Below are positions 31,744 through 40,717 of a stretch of 41,004 nucleotides of DNA, one piece after another. A program made the translations under genes and the position numbers. Every line of letters starts with the position of its first letter. Position 1 is the first letter of the stretch. Location: the NCBI GenBank assembly GCA_963733195.1, contig CAVTCR010000039.1:1-41004 (forward strand), given 5' to 3'. Under the pieces are notes generated by a model, which was not told where the DNA came from, ran no database searches, and was given only the letters and a program-made list of their open reading frames with translations. Origin of the DNA: an uncultured delta proteobacterium. GTDB lineage: Bacteria; Desulfobacterota; Binatia; Bin18.

Positions 31744-33893
31744 GTAGAGTCGGAGGAGGTGGAGCGTTGCCGCCCTGCCTTCGTCCGCTCGGTCAAACGG
31801 CTCGTACAGTTTTCCCGTAAGCCGCTTTCCTTAACTGCTCCTGTAGGGAATTATCGTTGCACCAAGCCGGGAATGAGATGGATGAGGCGAACGAGGCCAA
31901 ACTCCTTAATGAACCGCCCGGTTGGATAGCGCCGCCACATATGATTCCGCCAGCGTTTGGCGAGAAACGAGTAGAGGCGGCGCTCGATCCATCCGTCCAG
32001 CTGATGAAAGAGGCGGCGCACGTGCGCCTTGCGGTAATACGTGCCCCAGCCGCGAATCACTGGATTCACTTGCTGGATCATCTCGCGCAATTTCACCGGA
32101 GCCTTGCGCCGGGTGAGACGGCGGATTTGGTCCTTGAAGCGCGTCACGCTCTTCTCGCGTGGTACGGCATACAGGTTGTGATGCATTCGTCCGGCTCCGC
32201 CGCTTGGACGCCGCCAGCCGATACCCTTTCCCCTGTTTGACCTTGTAGCCAAGGAACTCAAAGCCATGACTCACATGCACGATCCGCGTCTTCTGCGGGT
32301 GCAGGGTCACACCGAGTTCCTCGCGGAGAAACCGTTCCGCAAACGCCAAGGCCCGCTGGGCTTCGCCGCGCGTCTTACACAGCACGACAAAGTCATCCGC
32401 CCACCGCGTTAGGCGAAAGCCCGCCGCGGTCATGGCCCGATCAAAGGGCGTCAGGAAGATATTGGACCACATTGGGCTGGCCACTGCCCCTTGGGGTACA
32501 CCAGTCAGTGTGGGTTCCCAATACGTTCCCTGCATCGCCCCCGCCCGTAACATCGCCCAGATCAATTGCAAGACCCGCCCCTCACTGATCTCCTCCGCGA
32601 TCATGTCGACCAACCGAGGCTGCGGGATGGTGTCGAAAAACGTCCGGAGATCGGCATCGACGCACCAGCCATAGTCTGCATTCAAGTCCTGCCACACACG
32701 TCGCATCGCATCGTGCGGCGAGCGCCCTTTGCGATACCCGAAGGAGCAGTCCTCAAAGAGCGGCTCGAAGAGCGGCTCCCTCCGCTGGACCAGGGCTTGC
32801 TGGCACACGCGATCGAAAATCGCCGGGATGCCGAGCTTTCTGACCCCGCCATCGGATTTGTCTATCTCGACTCGCTTCACAGGTTGTGGTTGGTAGGTCC
32901 CATCCCGGAGCTGGCAGTGCAGACGTTCTAAATAGAACGCCTTGTTTGCCTCAAACTCCGTGATGGTCACCGCGTCGACTCCGGCACTGCCGTGGTTCTG
33001 CTTCACCTTCTCCCAGGCCAACGCCAAATTGGTGCGACTATACACCTTGTCGATCAGGGAATGGACCTTTCTCTTCCCTGGTCTGGTCTTCGATAATGGT
33101 AAGTCCTGTCGTTCCACAGTCTCCTCATTACTGGGGGTGGGTCTTTCGCCTAGGGAACTGTCCAACACACCAGCACTTACTCGCTGTCGCTCGACATATA
33201 CTCACACACAGTTAAGCACAGGGCCTTCCCCCTCTGAACGACCGTTTGAGTCACCCAGCGTAGTGGCACGTGGCCACCCGCCGCCGCCTTTTGTTCTGAC
33301 GACGTTCCTGAGTACTGTACCCCGCTCCGACTCCTGGCAGCGCCTCGGTTAGAACTTCGCTTCCGCTTATATCTCCCCTTACCTCCGGGGGCTGTAGGTC
33401 GCTCTTTGTCTTCGCTGTTACTCGCCCTTTCGTCTGCGAGTGCCACATCATCGCAACCCTACCTTCCCGTCGGACCCTACCAGGTCTCCCTGGGTCATCT
33501 GTCTCTCTTCCCCACCGTGTCGCCCGCACACACCTTGGTACGCTGGGGGGGAACCACAACGCCTTCGCCTCCATAGTGCAGGCTCGACCATTCCCCAGCT
33601 TGGGCCGACCGGTTCCTCGGCGGGATAGCTCCCTTCGAGTACGACCCGGTGGTTCTCCGCAAACCCTTCGGATTCCACCTCGCGGTGGACACCCTGTCCT
33701 CCAAAGAACTGCAAGAGGGGGCTGCAGGTCCGTCTTGGCTGTGTCCAGCTTTCGCCTTCGTGCCCGGGTAGACTTCTCCATACCTTCCCCTTTCTTTGGC
33801 CAGTGAGACGTTACTCCCACTTTTGGATATCAGCCCGTGGCCACAGGCTGAGCGGGACTTTAACCCGCCTGAGACACAAACTGCCAGGCACAC
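31744..33893 (-). mobile_element. Group II intron, full length (2150 nt)
   Basis: 5' GTGTG at 33893. Domain V GAAAGCGGCTTACGGGAAAACTGTACGAGCCGTTTG (AGC triad, GAAA loop) lies after the ORF. Domain VI ends CCGACTCTAC at 31744. Confidence 0.9.
31851..33117 (-). CDS. ltrA: Group II intron reverse transcriptase/maturase without En domain; frameshift near 32185
   Basis: GSAGVD, RKLGIP, SFGYR, DADLRTFFD, GVPQG, RWADDF, GFEFLGY; maturase X domain NPVIRGWGTYY. Confidence 0.93.
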
Positions 33894-34120
33894 GCTACAG
33901 GATTGTCTGCCATCTTCGCTTCAACGGTCGGAGGGACGACAGTCGTGGACGCATGGACGATGCCGCCGTCAACGCGCGCGACCGCTTTCGCGTGACCGAC
34001 CATGGTTGGACCAAGGGGCTGAACCATTCCTAGAAGAATGGTGCTCAGCACTTCTGCTGGAGAGCAAGCCGGTCGAGTGATCAGGAGACGCTGCGAGAGC
34101 GTCTGAAACTTAGGCTTCAT
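33894..34120 (-). CDS. 5' exon of a hypothetical gene interrupted by the group II intron
   Basis: The ORF overlaps the GTPase stop, contains VGHAKA and runs straight into the intron 5' end. The spliced frame continues VTDCL* at about 31725. Confidence 0.5.
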
Positions 34121-34733
34121 GATCTACCAATACGCGATCTAAGAGGGAGACCGGCAGCCCGTTTTTTGCGGAGACACGTTCGATTTCCGCCCCCTTTTTC
34201 ATCAGTGCACGAATATCCGTCTCGATCGTACCGAGTTCTTTTTCGTTCGTCAGGTCTGCTTTATTGAGGAAGACCAGATCCGCGACCTGAATGCTGGACC
34301 TCACGAGCTGACGCACCGACCGCATGAGCAGCCGATACCGGGCGGCATCCACCAGACTGAGCCGGGTCTGGAGCCGATAGCGGGCGGCAACGGTCGGATC
34401 AATCGCCCGCGGGAACCGTTCGAGCAGCCGCGTGAGTCGCGCGGCATCGGCCATCCCCGAGGGCTCGATGATGACCCATTCCAGCCCTTCAATCCGCGCA
34501 AGATCGGCAAGTCCCTGATAGAGATCGTCGCGCATGAGACACAAACAGCCGGTGAAGATCTTCATAACTTCACGGCCGCCCGCGCGAATGACCGTGCCGT
34601 CGATCTGTACTTCCCCGGCGTCGTTCACCAAGAACGCGACACGCTGGCCTTTACTGGTCTGGTGCCGCGCCAACGCCATGATCGTCGTCGTTTTTCCCGA
34701 ACCCAAGAACCCGGCGATCGAGATGACTCGCAT
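34110..34733 (-). CDS. CobW/HypB/UreG (G3E) family GTPase, putative metallochaperone
   Basis: GFLGSGKTT, VNDAGEV.ID, GCLC, IEPSG and NKAD motifs. Confidence 0.9.
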   Translation of the reverse strand: MRVISIAGFLGSGKTTTIMALARHQTSKGQRVAFLVNDAGEVQIDGTVIRAGGREVMKIFTGCLCLMRDDLYQGLADLARIEGLEWVIIEPSGMADAARLTRLLERFPRAIDPTVAARYRLQTRLSLVDAARYRLLMRSVRQLVRSSIQVADLVFLNKADLTNEKELGTIETDIRALMKKGAEIERVSAKNGLPVSLLDRVLVDHEA

Positions 34734-34750
34734 ATCAGCCTCTCGTGTGG

Positions 34751-36393
34751 CTACACCGCATGCTGCTGAATAATGAACGAATGTGTCCCTACGGTCGTGC
34801 GTACTTGAATCTTATGGTCGTGTAATTGCCAGTCTTGGTCTTGGTATTCCTGACCGTCCATCAGGACACAATACCGGGCTCCTGGTGCGAGATTCGTCAC
34901 CCGGAAGGTGGTTTCTCGACCAAGCGCCGTCGCGTCTACGGTACTCAGCGCAATGTTCAGGGTCCGAAGGGCTGGATCGTAATAGGCCTGCCGGACACGC
35001 ACCAGGGGGAATTCTACATCCGTGAGCGTCGGTTCCTGAAACTTTTTCAGGTTGGGCTGATTAAACAACCGGTGTCATGCCCGTGGAGTATTCGACACAT
35101 ACCCGGGCATGATCCAGTCATTATGTTGGCCGCGTGGGTATGGCTCGGCCAAGTCAAACATGAAATAGAACTCCCAGCGGTTTGGGTCTAAATCGGTTGA
35201 TAATGCGTATCCGCCCATTTGCGCAGCGCGGCGTAGGTCTCTTCGTCGCCAATTGCGCGAGCGCAAGCAATAGCTTTGCACGTCGCGCCAATATCTTGCA
35301 CACCTGTTCCCGGAAGCCCTGACATAAAGGCCGAACCGTCCGCCTGCCGGACAAGGAAATGTTTTTTCCCTCCTTCGTATACGCGGGCGTAGGTCTCGGG
35401 ATCAAACCGATACCCGAGCCAGCACACCGAGAACCAGTTGCTCGACAGTTGGTGGTCGCGGCGGTTCAGATTGTTATTGATGTCAGGATCATAGTAGAAG
35501 GACACCCAATCTATGGGTCCGTTGGGCTCGCCGCCACCGACATGCTGCGGCTTCATGGCATTATGACACTGCTGGAAGGTCCAGAACCACGAGGTGCCAT
35601 GTAGGTGATCATTGAGACGCATCGAGAGGCCACTCAAGTTGTTACACCAGAGGAAAATCTTTCGCACCTCACAGGCGATGCCGATCGGATTTGCCACCCA
35701 CTGCTTCGTCAGGGTGTCGACAATCCGCTTGTGATCGTATTCGAACACTAAGGCGCCGTCATAGACAATCTTGAAGAGGTCATCGTACTTGGCGTCGCCG
35801 GACACGTATTCATAGAGCCCGAGCATGAGATTGAGGTAGCTTTTGTACATGATATTGGCCACGCCGTTGCCATACACCGGGTCAGGGTTATAGCCGTACG
35901 GACCAATCCCATTTGCCGCCCATCCGGGTTTCGAGTAGCGGTCGGCATATCCTTCGGGCACGGTGTTTTTGTAAATCACCTCGGGATAATCGAGGCGATT
36001 CGGGTCTTGCCCCTTTTGGTCTACCCAATCGACGAATGACCAGTATTCGAGCATGCGGTCATTAAGGAAACTGAGCACTGCGCTGTATCCCTCTCGCCAG
36101 GCAGGGGTGATATCGGCCATTAAGGCAAGGGCAAACGTCGCGTAAGTCAGGTCATAGCGATAGAGATCCTGGACCGGTGCGCCGCTCATATTATCCCAGG
36201 CCTCATGCGGGCGGACGTCTTTTGTCCATTTCCCCCCGAAACCTACTTTGCGATATAGGTACGCCAGCCACCCCAGTGCTTCTTCTGAAAGATCTGGATA
36301 TCCCAGGACAGTGTCTTGACAGGAAGAGATGCGCGCCGGATACAGCGGCTCGCGGATATCTCCCAAGATTGCGCTTTCCTCTCGCCCTAACAT
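34751..36393 (-). CDS. Linalool dehydratase/isomerase-like protein; frameshift near 35190 and TGA at 35075
   Basis: RYDL...FALAL..PAWRE, DPV..NIMYKSYLNLMLGLY..VSGD, CEVRKIFLWCN (matches the Ldi CE-x6-CN cysteine pair). AAGGAGG RBS precedes ATG 36393. Confidence 0.7.
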
Positions 36394-36587
36394 GCTCAGT
36401 CCCTCCTTCTCCGATGGCTGATGGCGTCTGATAATGGGCACACATCAGCAGAGTCACAGGCAAAACTACAGAGTTGCAGAGCACTGCATCAGAGTGTTCT
36501 AAATTAAAAAGGAAGGGGGCGACGTGTAAGGCCTGATGTGATGTGGTCTCTCGTCGAACTCATCTTGTGGCAAGAGGAGGACACAGA

Positions 36588-37088
36588 ATGAATCAGCCAT
36601 CTACACCATCTGCTCAAGAGAGTTTGTATCGTGCCCTGTGTACCCTCCTCACGCGCGAGGAAGTATCCTACCGCACGCTCCACCATGAACCGACCTTGAC
36701 CTCCGAAGACTCGGCACGGGTGCGCGGAGAAGACGTGCGCATTGGGGGGAAGGCTCTCGTGGTGAAGGTGGGAGAGGACTTTCGCTTGTTTGTGGTGAGT
36801 GCTGCCCGCAAGCTGGATTCGCTCGCCATCAAACAACACTTCGACGTGAAGAAGATCCGGTTCGCTTCGCCCGAAGAACTTCTTCATCTGACTGGGCTTG
36901 TTCCCGGGAGTATTCCGCCGCTTGGTAAACCCCTCCTACCATTTGAGCTATTCGTCGATCCATCAATCCTGGACAACGAAAGAATTGCGTTCAACGCGGG
37001 CTCCCTGACCGACTCTATTATCATGTCGGTGGTCGACTATCTGCGCATCGCACGACCCAGTGTCTTTGCGTTTTCCTCTGGTTCGTAG
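36588..37088 (+). CDS. YbaK/aminoacyl-tRNA editing domain protein
   Basis: HEPTLTSEDSA, GKALV, RFASPEEL..LTGLVPGSIPP and FNAG motifs. Confidence 0.92.
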   Translation: MNQPSTPSAQESLYRALCTLLTREEVSYRTLHHEPTLTSEDSARVRGEDVRIGGKALVVKVGEDFRLFVVSAARKLDSLAIKQHFDVKKIRFASPEELLHLTGLVPGSIPPLGKPLLPFELFVDPSILDNERIAFNAGSLTDSIIMSVVDYLRIARPSVFAFSSGS

Positions 37089-37139
37089 CTTCCTTCATGC
37101 TCGGTCACTCTGACCGCCCAAACCCGTCCCTTCCATCCA

Positions 37140-37168
37140 ATGTCCGATAATGGCCTCGTATGTCCACT
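37140..37168 (+). other. dif-like XerC/XerD site candidate
   Basis: ATGTCCGATAA-tggcctc-GTATGTCCACT: arms retain ATAA and TATGT; 7-bp spacer; XerD arm degenerate. Confidence 0.35.
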
Positions 37169-37283
37169 CACTACTGAGTGTAAGGGCTTGTTTTTGCTGG
37201 GGTCACGCACTTTTTGTGAATGGACGCAGAAAGTGCACGCCGGCGGGTCCTGTTTGCACCCCTGCTAGCAGCTGTTTGCGCGA

Positions 37284-37661
37284 ATGGAAAACACGGAGCG
37301 AGGAAAAGTTTTGCGGGTTATATCGCAATTCGTTCCTAGACGCTTACCCCTCGTGGCTTGTAGCGATCGCTGCCCTTGTCGTGTAGAGTGCCCCGCGGTG
37401 CGAGAGGCGGCGGCGATATGGAAACGGGGTGTGAAAGTTCTCTGGTCGACCCACGAGGCAGACTTAATTCAGTGGTTTGAGCTCCGGCGGGACGATATGA
37501 GGGACACGCCCTTTGCCCTCAACGCCTGGACCTTTGTCAGTATACCCGCCGGCTTCTATGGAGCCTTGGAGCGGGATATTGCCTGCGGCCCCCAGAGTGT
37601 CCGGGCGGCCGCACTTATCAAGGATTTGGAAGACCTCTTTACGCTGTGGGCGCGCCAGTAA
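37284..37661 (+). CDS. Hypothetical protein (mobile-element type)
   Basis: 125-aa ORF with CxxxCxCxxxC and LIQWF..PFAL..FYGALERDIACGP; no family certain. Confidence 0.5.
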   Translation: MENTERGKVLRVISQFVPRRLPLVACSDRCPCRVECPAVREAAAIWKRGVKVLWSTHEADLIQWFELRRDDMRDTPFALNAWTFVSIPAGFYGALERDIACGPQSVRAAALIKDLEDLFTLWARQ

Positions 37662-37703
37662 CAACGTGCAGCGTCCTGCGCCAGCCACGCAGGCAACTGG
37701 GGG

Positions 37704-37940
37704 TCAAGACGAGTGGGGGACCTGCTCCGTCAACTTCTTCCGCTGTTGTTGCTTGGCCTCATCCGCGAACTGGTACGCAGCCATGATCGCGGCCCGCAAT
37801 GGAGAGATTCGTGGTGTAGTCTCGTAAATCTGCTGGATGCGGGCATCGACCTCAGCAGCGAGAGTCTGTAAATAGGCCACGTTCTCGGTCGCCCGGACGG
37901 TAAAGCGGGTGTTGAAGATCTCCACTTCTAGTGTGCGCAT
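37704..37940 (-). CDS. zapA: Cell division protein ZapA family
   Basis: LEVEIFNTRFTV..YLQTLAAEVDARIQQI..LRAAIMAAYQFADE; GAAGGAG RBS precedes ATG 37940. Confidence 0.85.
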   Translation of the reverse strand: MRTLEVEIFNTRFTVRATENVAYLQTLAAEVDARIQQIYETTPRISPLRAAIMAAYQFADEAKQQQRKKLTEQVPHSS

Positions 37941-38057
37941 ATGCGGTGCTCCTTCGTGTTGTTCGTTCATGATCGGGCTCCAGTATGCGGGCGTCTGAAG
38001 ACCCTCCCCTATCCCATACTCTGATTCTGCCTTTTTCTCAGGGTTTAGTCTGAGGGT

Positions 38058-38603
38058 CTAGGAAGAAGAACAGGAATCATTCTTGCCCTCTGTCTTCTCT
38101 CTGCCCCGTTCAAGCCACCTCTTTAACATGGGGATCCTGGCTATGACCTCTGACCGTGGCGGTTCCTTTTCTGTACTGCGGATAGAAAGAATCTTTTTCT
38201 CTAGTTCTCTAGGAGAAAACTGCCAGGTACCCTTGGCAGGCTTACTTCCTCGCTTTTCTCCGCGGCGGCTTTTGCTGAGCATCACCAACAGCCGCTTGAG
38301 CATCCGGCCAGCACGGAAAATGGTACTGCTATTCGTGCCATCAGGCAGCTTGAGGGAAGAGTGTTCTAGCCACCCTTCCCTCTCCAGCCGACTCACTAGT
38401 TCACCAATCCATTGCCGACTGATGCCGAGCTTCTTGCTGAGCGTCGTCTGCGCCAGCGTGAGGCGTGCGTTCACCAACTGGCCCCGCCCTTCGTCATAGA
38501 GACGACAGAGCAAATAATGCAGAATCCGGTGCGCTTTGTTGGACTCGATACCCTTCAGACCACTCGATAGAAAAATGCGACGTTGCAGACCAGATTTGGT
38601 CAA
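38058..38603 (-). CDS. Winged-HTH protein, putative replication initiator
   Basis: LAQTTLSKKLGISRQWIGELVSRLEREGWL HTH; basic; located downstream of a par operon. An in-frame upstream ATG (38651) is separated by a TAG. Confidence 0.55.
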   Translation of the reverse strand: MTKSGLQRRIFLSSGLKGIESNKAHRILHYLLCRLYDEGRGQLVNARLTLAQTTLSKKLGISRQWIGELVSRLEREGWLEHSSLKLPDGTNSSTIFRAGRMLKRLLVMLSKSRRGEKRGSKPAKGTWQFSPRELEKKILSIRSTEKEPPRSEVIARIPMLKRWLERGREKTEGKNDSCSSS

Positions 38604-38742
38604 GCGTGAGTAGACCTCTCCCCATACCTACCCCTTACTGAAGGCAGGCATACCACCACACGTTGACTCACGCACAGTTTTTGCGGTATGTATGGGGATA
38701 CGGAAAACCCCACGTCGCAATCCCAGCGCGTGAACAAAGTTA

Positions 38743-38777
38743 GAAAACGCCTCGTGTTAGCCGCACGGGGCGTTTTC
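38743..38777. terminator. Strong hairpin, possible bidirectional terminator
   Basis: GAAAACGCCTCGTG-ttagccg-CACGGGGCGTTTTC, a 14-bp stem. Confidence 0.65.
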
Positions 38778-38880
38778 GTATCTAGGGTTCGCGTTGCTGC
38801 CTACATTGTTCGTTTCCTTATCGAGCACACCATACGCTTTTCTCCGTAATTGTCGAGAGAAAAGTAATCTAAGTTGTTGC

Positions 38881-38932
38881 GATATAATATAATTTTATAC
38901 GATATCATATCATATGATATCGTATGATATCA
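38881..38932. promoter_or_regulatory. Centromere-like (parS) AT-rich repeat and palindrome
   Basis: Perfect 14-bp inverted repeat ATACGATATCATAT-C-ATATGATATCGTAT (38897-38925) within GATAT repeats. Confidence 0.6.
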
Positions 38933-38936
38933 CGTA

Positions 38937-39284
38937 TTACTTCTCCGCATCTTTTCGCATCTGAAGAAACGTTTGTTGTTCCTCTTCCAGCAATCGAAAC
39001 ATGGCGTGACGTAACCACTCAGCCTTGCTAACACCGAGCACTTTGCAATGTCGTTCGAGAGAGTTCCACTGTTGTTCCGTTAAGTGAATCAAGAACGGCT
39101 TCTTCAGATCCTCACGTCCTTTCGCAAGACTCGGGTTCGGGTTCGGATGTGCAAGTGGCCAATTGCGCGGCCGTACCACATAGCGGTGCAAATCGATCGT
39201 CTTTGGGGACGTCACCTCTTGTTCAGTGGCTGCACCCGTGATGAAGGCTTCTTCACTCGTGACGGGCATAGATCGCCTACGCAT
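38937..39284 (-). CDS. Putative ribbon-helix-helix centromere-binding protein (ParG-like)
   Basis: Overlaps the parA stop; flexible N-terminus; C-terminal PFLIHLTEQQWNSLERHC..GVSKAEWLRHAM fits an RHH pattern. Confidence 0.65.
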   Translation of the reverse strand: MRRRSMPVTSEEAFITGAATEQEVTSPKTIDLHRYVVRPRNWPLAHPNPNPSLAKGREDLKKPFLIHLTEQQWNSLERHCKVLGVSKAEWLRHAMFRLLEEEQQTFLQMRKDAEK

Positions 39285-39924
39285 CTCTGAACACCTCCGT
39301 AGCGAGAGATTCAACTTCGTGGATCGCTCTTGGATCCTTTTTGGCAAGTTCGGTCACTGCTTGACCCTCTGCTGCTGCACGGCGATACGCCACCCGATAG
39401 CCGAGACGGACGTCAAGCAACCGAATATGTGAGAGGTCCTTGGTAAACTCCGCGGCTTCATCAGCCAAGCCAACGCGGGGATTGGTGTCGACCTTATTAA
39501 GGACCGTAACAGCTCGGAGTCCTTCATTGAGGGCGACAGCTTCTCTTACGAGGGCGTTCATCCCTTCAATGCTCCAGACATCAAACTGACCGGGAAGGCA
39601 TGGGACGACCATCACCTGAGCTACAAGCATTGCAGAGCGGAGTGCGGCAGAATCGCGACCACCGACGTCAATGACGACATCTCCAAAGCGAGGGACGAGT
39701 TTCCGCACCTCACTGGCCACACTCCGGCCTGTGACCATCACGCACGTAATCGTGGGTGTATGTCCTTCACCTTCCCGGACACGTGAAAATTCGATAGCTG
39801 AGCCCTGAGGATCCGCGTCGACAAGAAGAACATCACGATTTGCTTGCGCCCGATAAATGGCGAGATTCGTTGCGATCGTGGTCTTGCCAGTACCACCTTT
39901 TTCAGAGCCGACAACAACAACCAT
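39277..39924 (-). CDS. parA: ParA-family ATPase (short type Ib/ParF-like)
   Basis: SEKGGTGKTT, VDADPQGS and IDVGG motifs; 215 aa with no N-terminal HTH. Confidence 0.93.
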   Translation of the reverse strand: MVVVVGSEKGGTGKTTIATNLAIYRAQANRDVLLVDADPQGSAIEFSRVREGEGHTPTITCVMVTGRSVASEVRKLVPRFGDVVIDVGGRDSAALRSAMLVAQVMVVPCLPGQFDVWSIEGMNALVREAVALNEGLRAVTVLNKVDTNPRVGLADEAAEFTKDLSHIRLLDVRLGYRVAYRRAAAEGQAVTELAKKDPRAIHEVESLATEVFRDA

Positions 39925-39940
39925 ACCCCTCCTCCTTTCC

Positions 39941-39968
39941 TGATATAATATGAAATAATATTATATCA
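39941..39968. promoter_or_regulatory. Palindromic operator/centromere-like site upstream of parA
   Basis: TGATATAATAT-gaaata-ATATTATATCA, an 11-bp perfect inverted repeat with the same GATAT core as 38881-38932. Confidence 0.55.
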
Positions 39969-40058
39969 TTTCATTGATGGTTACCAGAGAAAAATTGAAG
40001 AAATCGCCCGAATATGACATATTAAACATATTCATTTTAGTGTATAATTTAAGTCAGA

Positions 40059-40406
40059 ATGATTGAAATCATCACCACCGACGAGTTTGTTGCGTGGTAC
40101 GAGGATCTCAATGAAGACGATACTAAAGCGGTCGTCCGCATAGTGGACTTATTGGCTGCACGTGGCGTCTCGTTGCCGTTTCCCTATAGCTCCGACATTA
40201 AAGGCAGCGCATACGCCTTGCGAGAGTTGCGGGTGCAATCCGGGGGGAAGCCGCTCCGGATCCTCTACGCATTCGATCCCTTGCGGCAAGCCGTGTTACT
40301 GCTCGGGGCAGACAAGACCGGCATAAGCGACAAGGAGTTTTACGCTACGTATGTCCCCCAAGCAGAAGACTTGTGGGAAGAATATCTCCGAGAGACACGA
40401 TCATGA
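40059..40406 (+). CDS. higB: RelE/HigB (Gp49-like) toxin
   Basis: LPFPYSSDIKGS..LRELRVQ..PLRILYAFDP.RQAVLLLGADK. Confidence 0.9.
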   Translation: MIEIITTDEFVAWYEDLNEDDTKAVVRIVDLLAARGVSLPFPYSSDIKGSAYALRELRVQSGGKPLRILYAFDPLRQAVLLLGADKTGISDKEFYATYVPQAEDLWEEYLRETRS

Positions 40407-40717
40407 AGAAAACGTATCACCGCTGGCAAGACGTACGAAAGAAGAAACTGACCACACAACAGTTAGAGGAGATTGACCGAACAGTTGAACAAGATCTCCT
40501 GGCACTAGATTTACAGGCGATCCGTGAGCTGATTGGGAAAACTCAGACTGAGGTGGCAGATGCGACGGATATGACACAATCCGAAGTCTCCCGGCTCGAG
40601 AGGCGCCCTGATGTTCGCCTCTCAACATTGAAGCGCTTTGTTGAAGCCTTGGGAGGCGAAGTAGAAATCTTTGCTACTTTTGGAGACAAGCGTGTACGCT
40701 TGCGAGCAGCAGGGTAG
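40403..40717 (+). CDS. higA: XRE-family antitoxin
   Basis: LQAIREL.GKTQTEVA..MTQSEVSRLERR.DVRLSTLKRFVEALGG; ATGA overlap with the toxin. Confidence 0.9.
   Translation: MKKTYHRWQDVRKKKLTTQQLEEIDRTVEQDLLALDLQAIRELIGKTQTEVADATDMTQSEVSRLERRPDVRLSTLKRFVEALGGEVEIFATFGDKRVRLRAAG

Noticed and set aside
31851-33117. RT as a retron, DGR or defence RT
   Set aside because: It has a maturase X domain and is enclosed by GUGYG and domain V/VI ends.
33177-33893. Several ORFs upstream of the RT
   Set aside because: They overlap structured intron domains I-III and are non-coding.
35075-35077. In-frame TGA in the Ldi-like gene as selenocysteine
   Set aside because: The context (RA*HRLFN) fits a TGG Trp codon changed to TGA. 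There is no Cys motif and no convincing hairpin.
37560-37703. 6S RNA expected downstream of zapA
   Set aside because: The space is occupied by a convergent ORF, and no 6S-like long hairpin was recognised.
38628-38630. In-frame TAG (also at about 1230 and 4890) as pyrrolysine or recoding
   Set aside because: TAG is used as a normal stop elsewhere in the window and there are no pyl genes; nonsense mutation or error is simpler.
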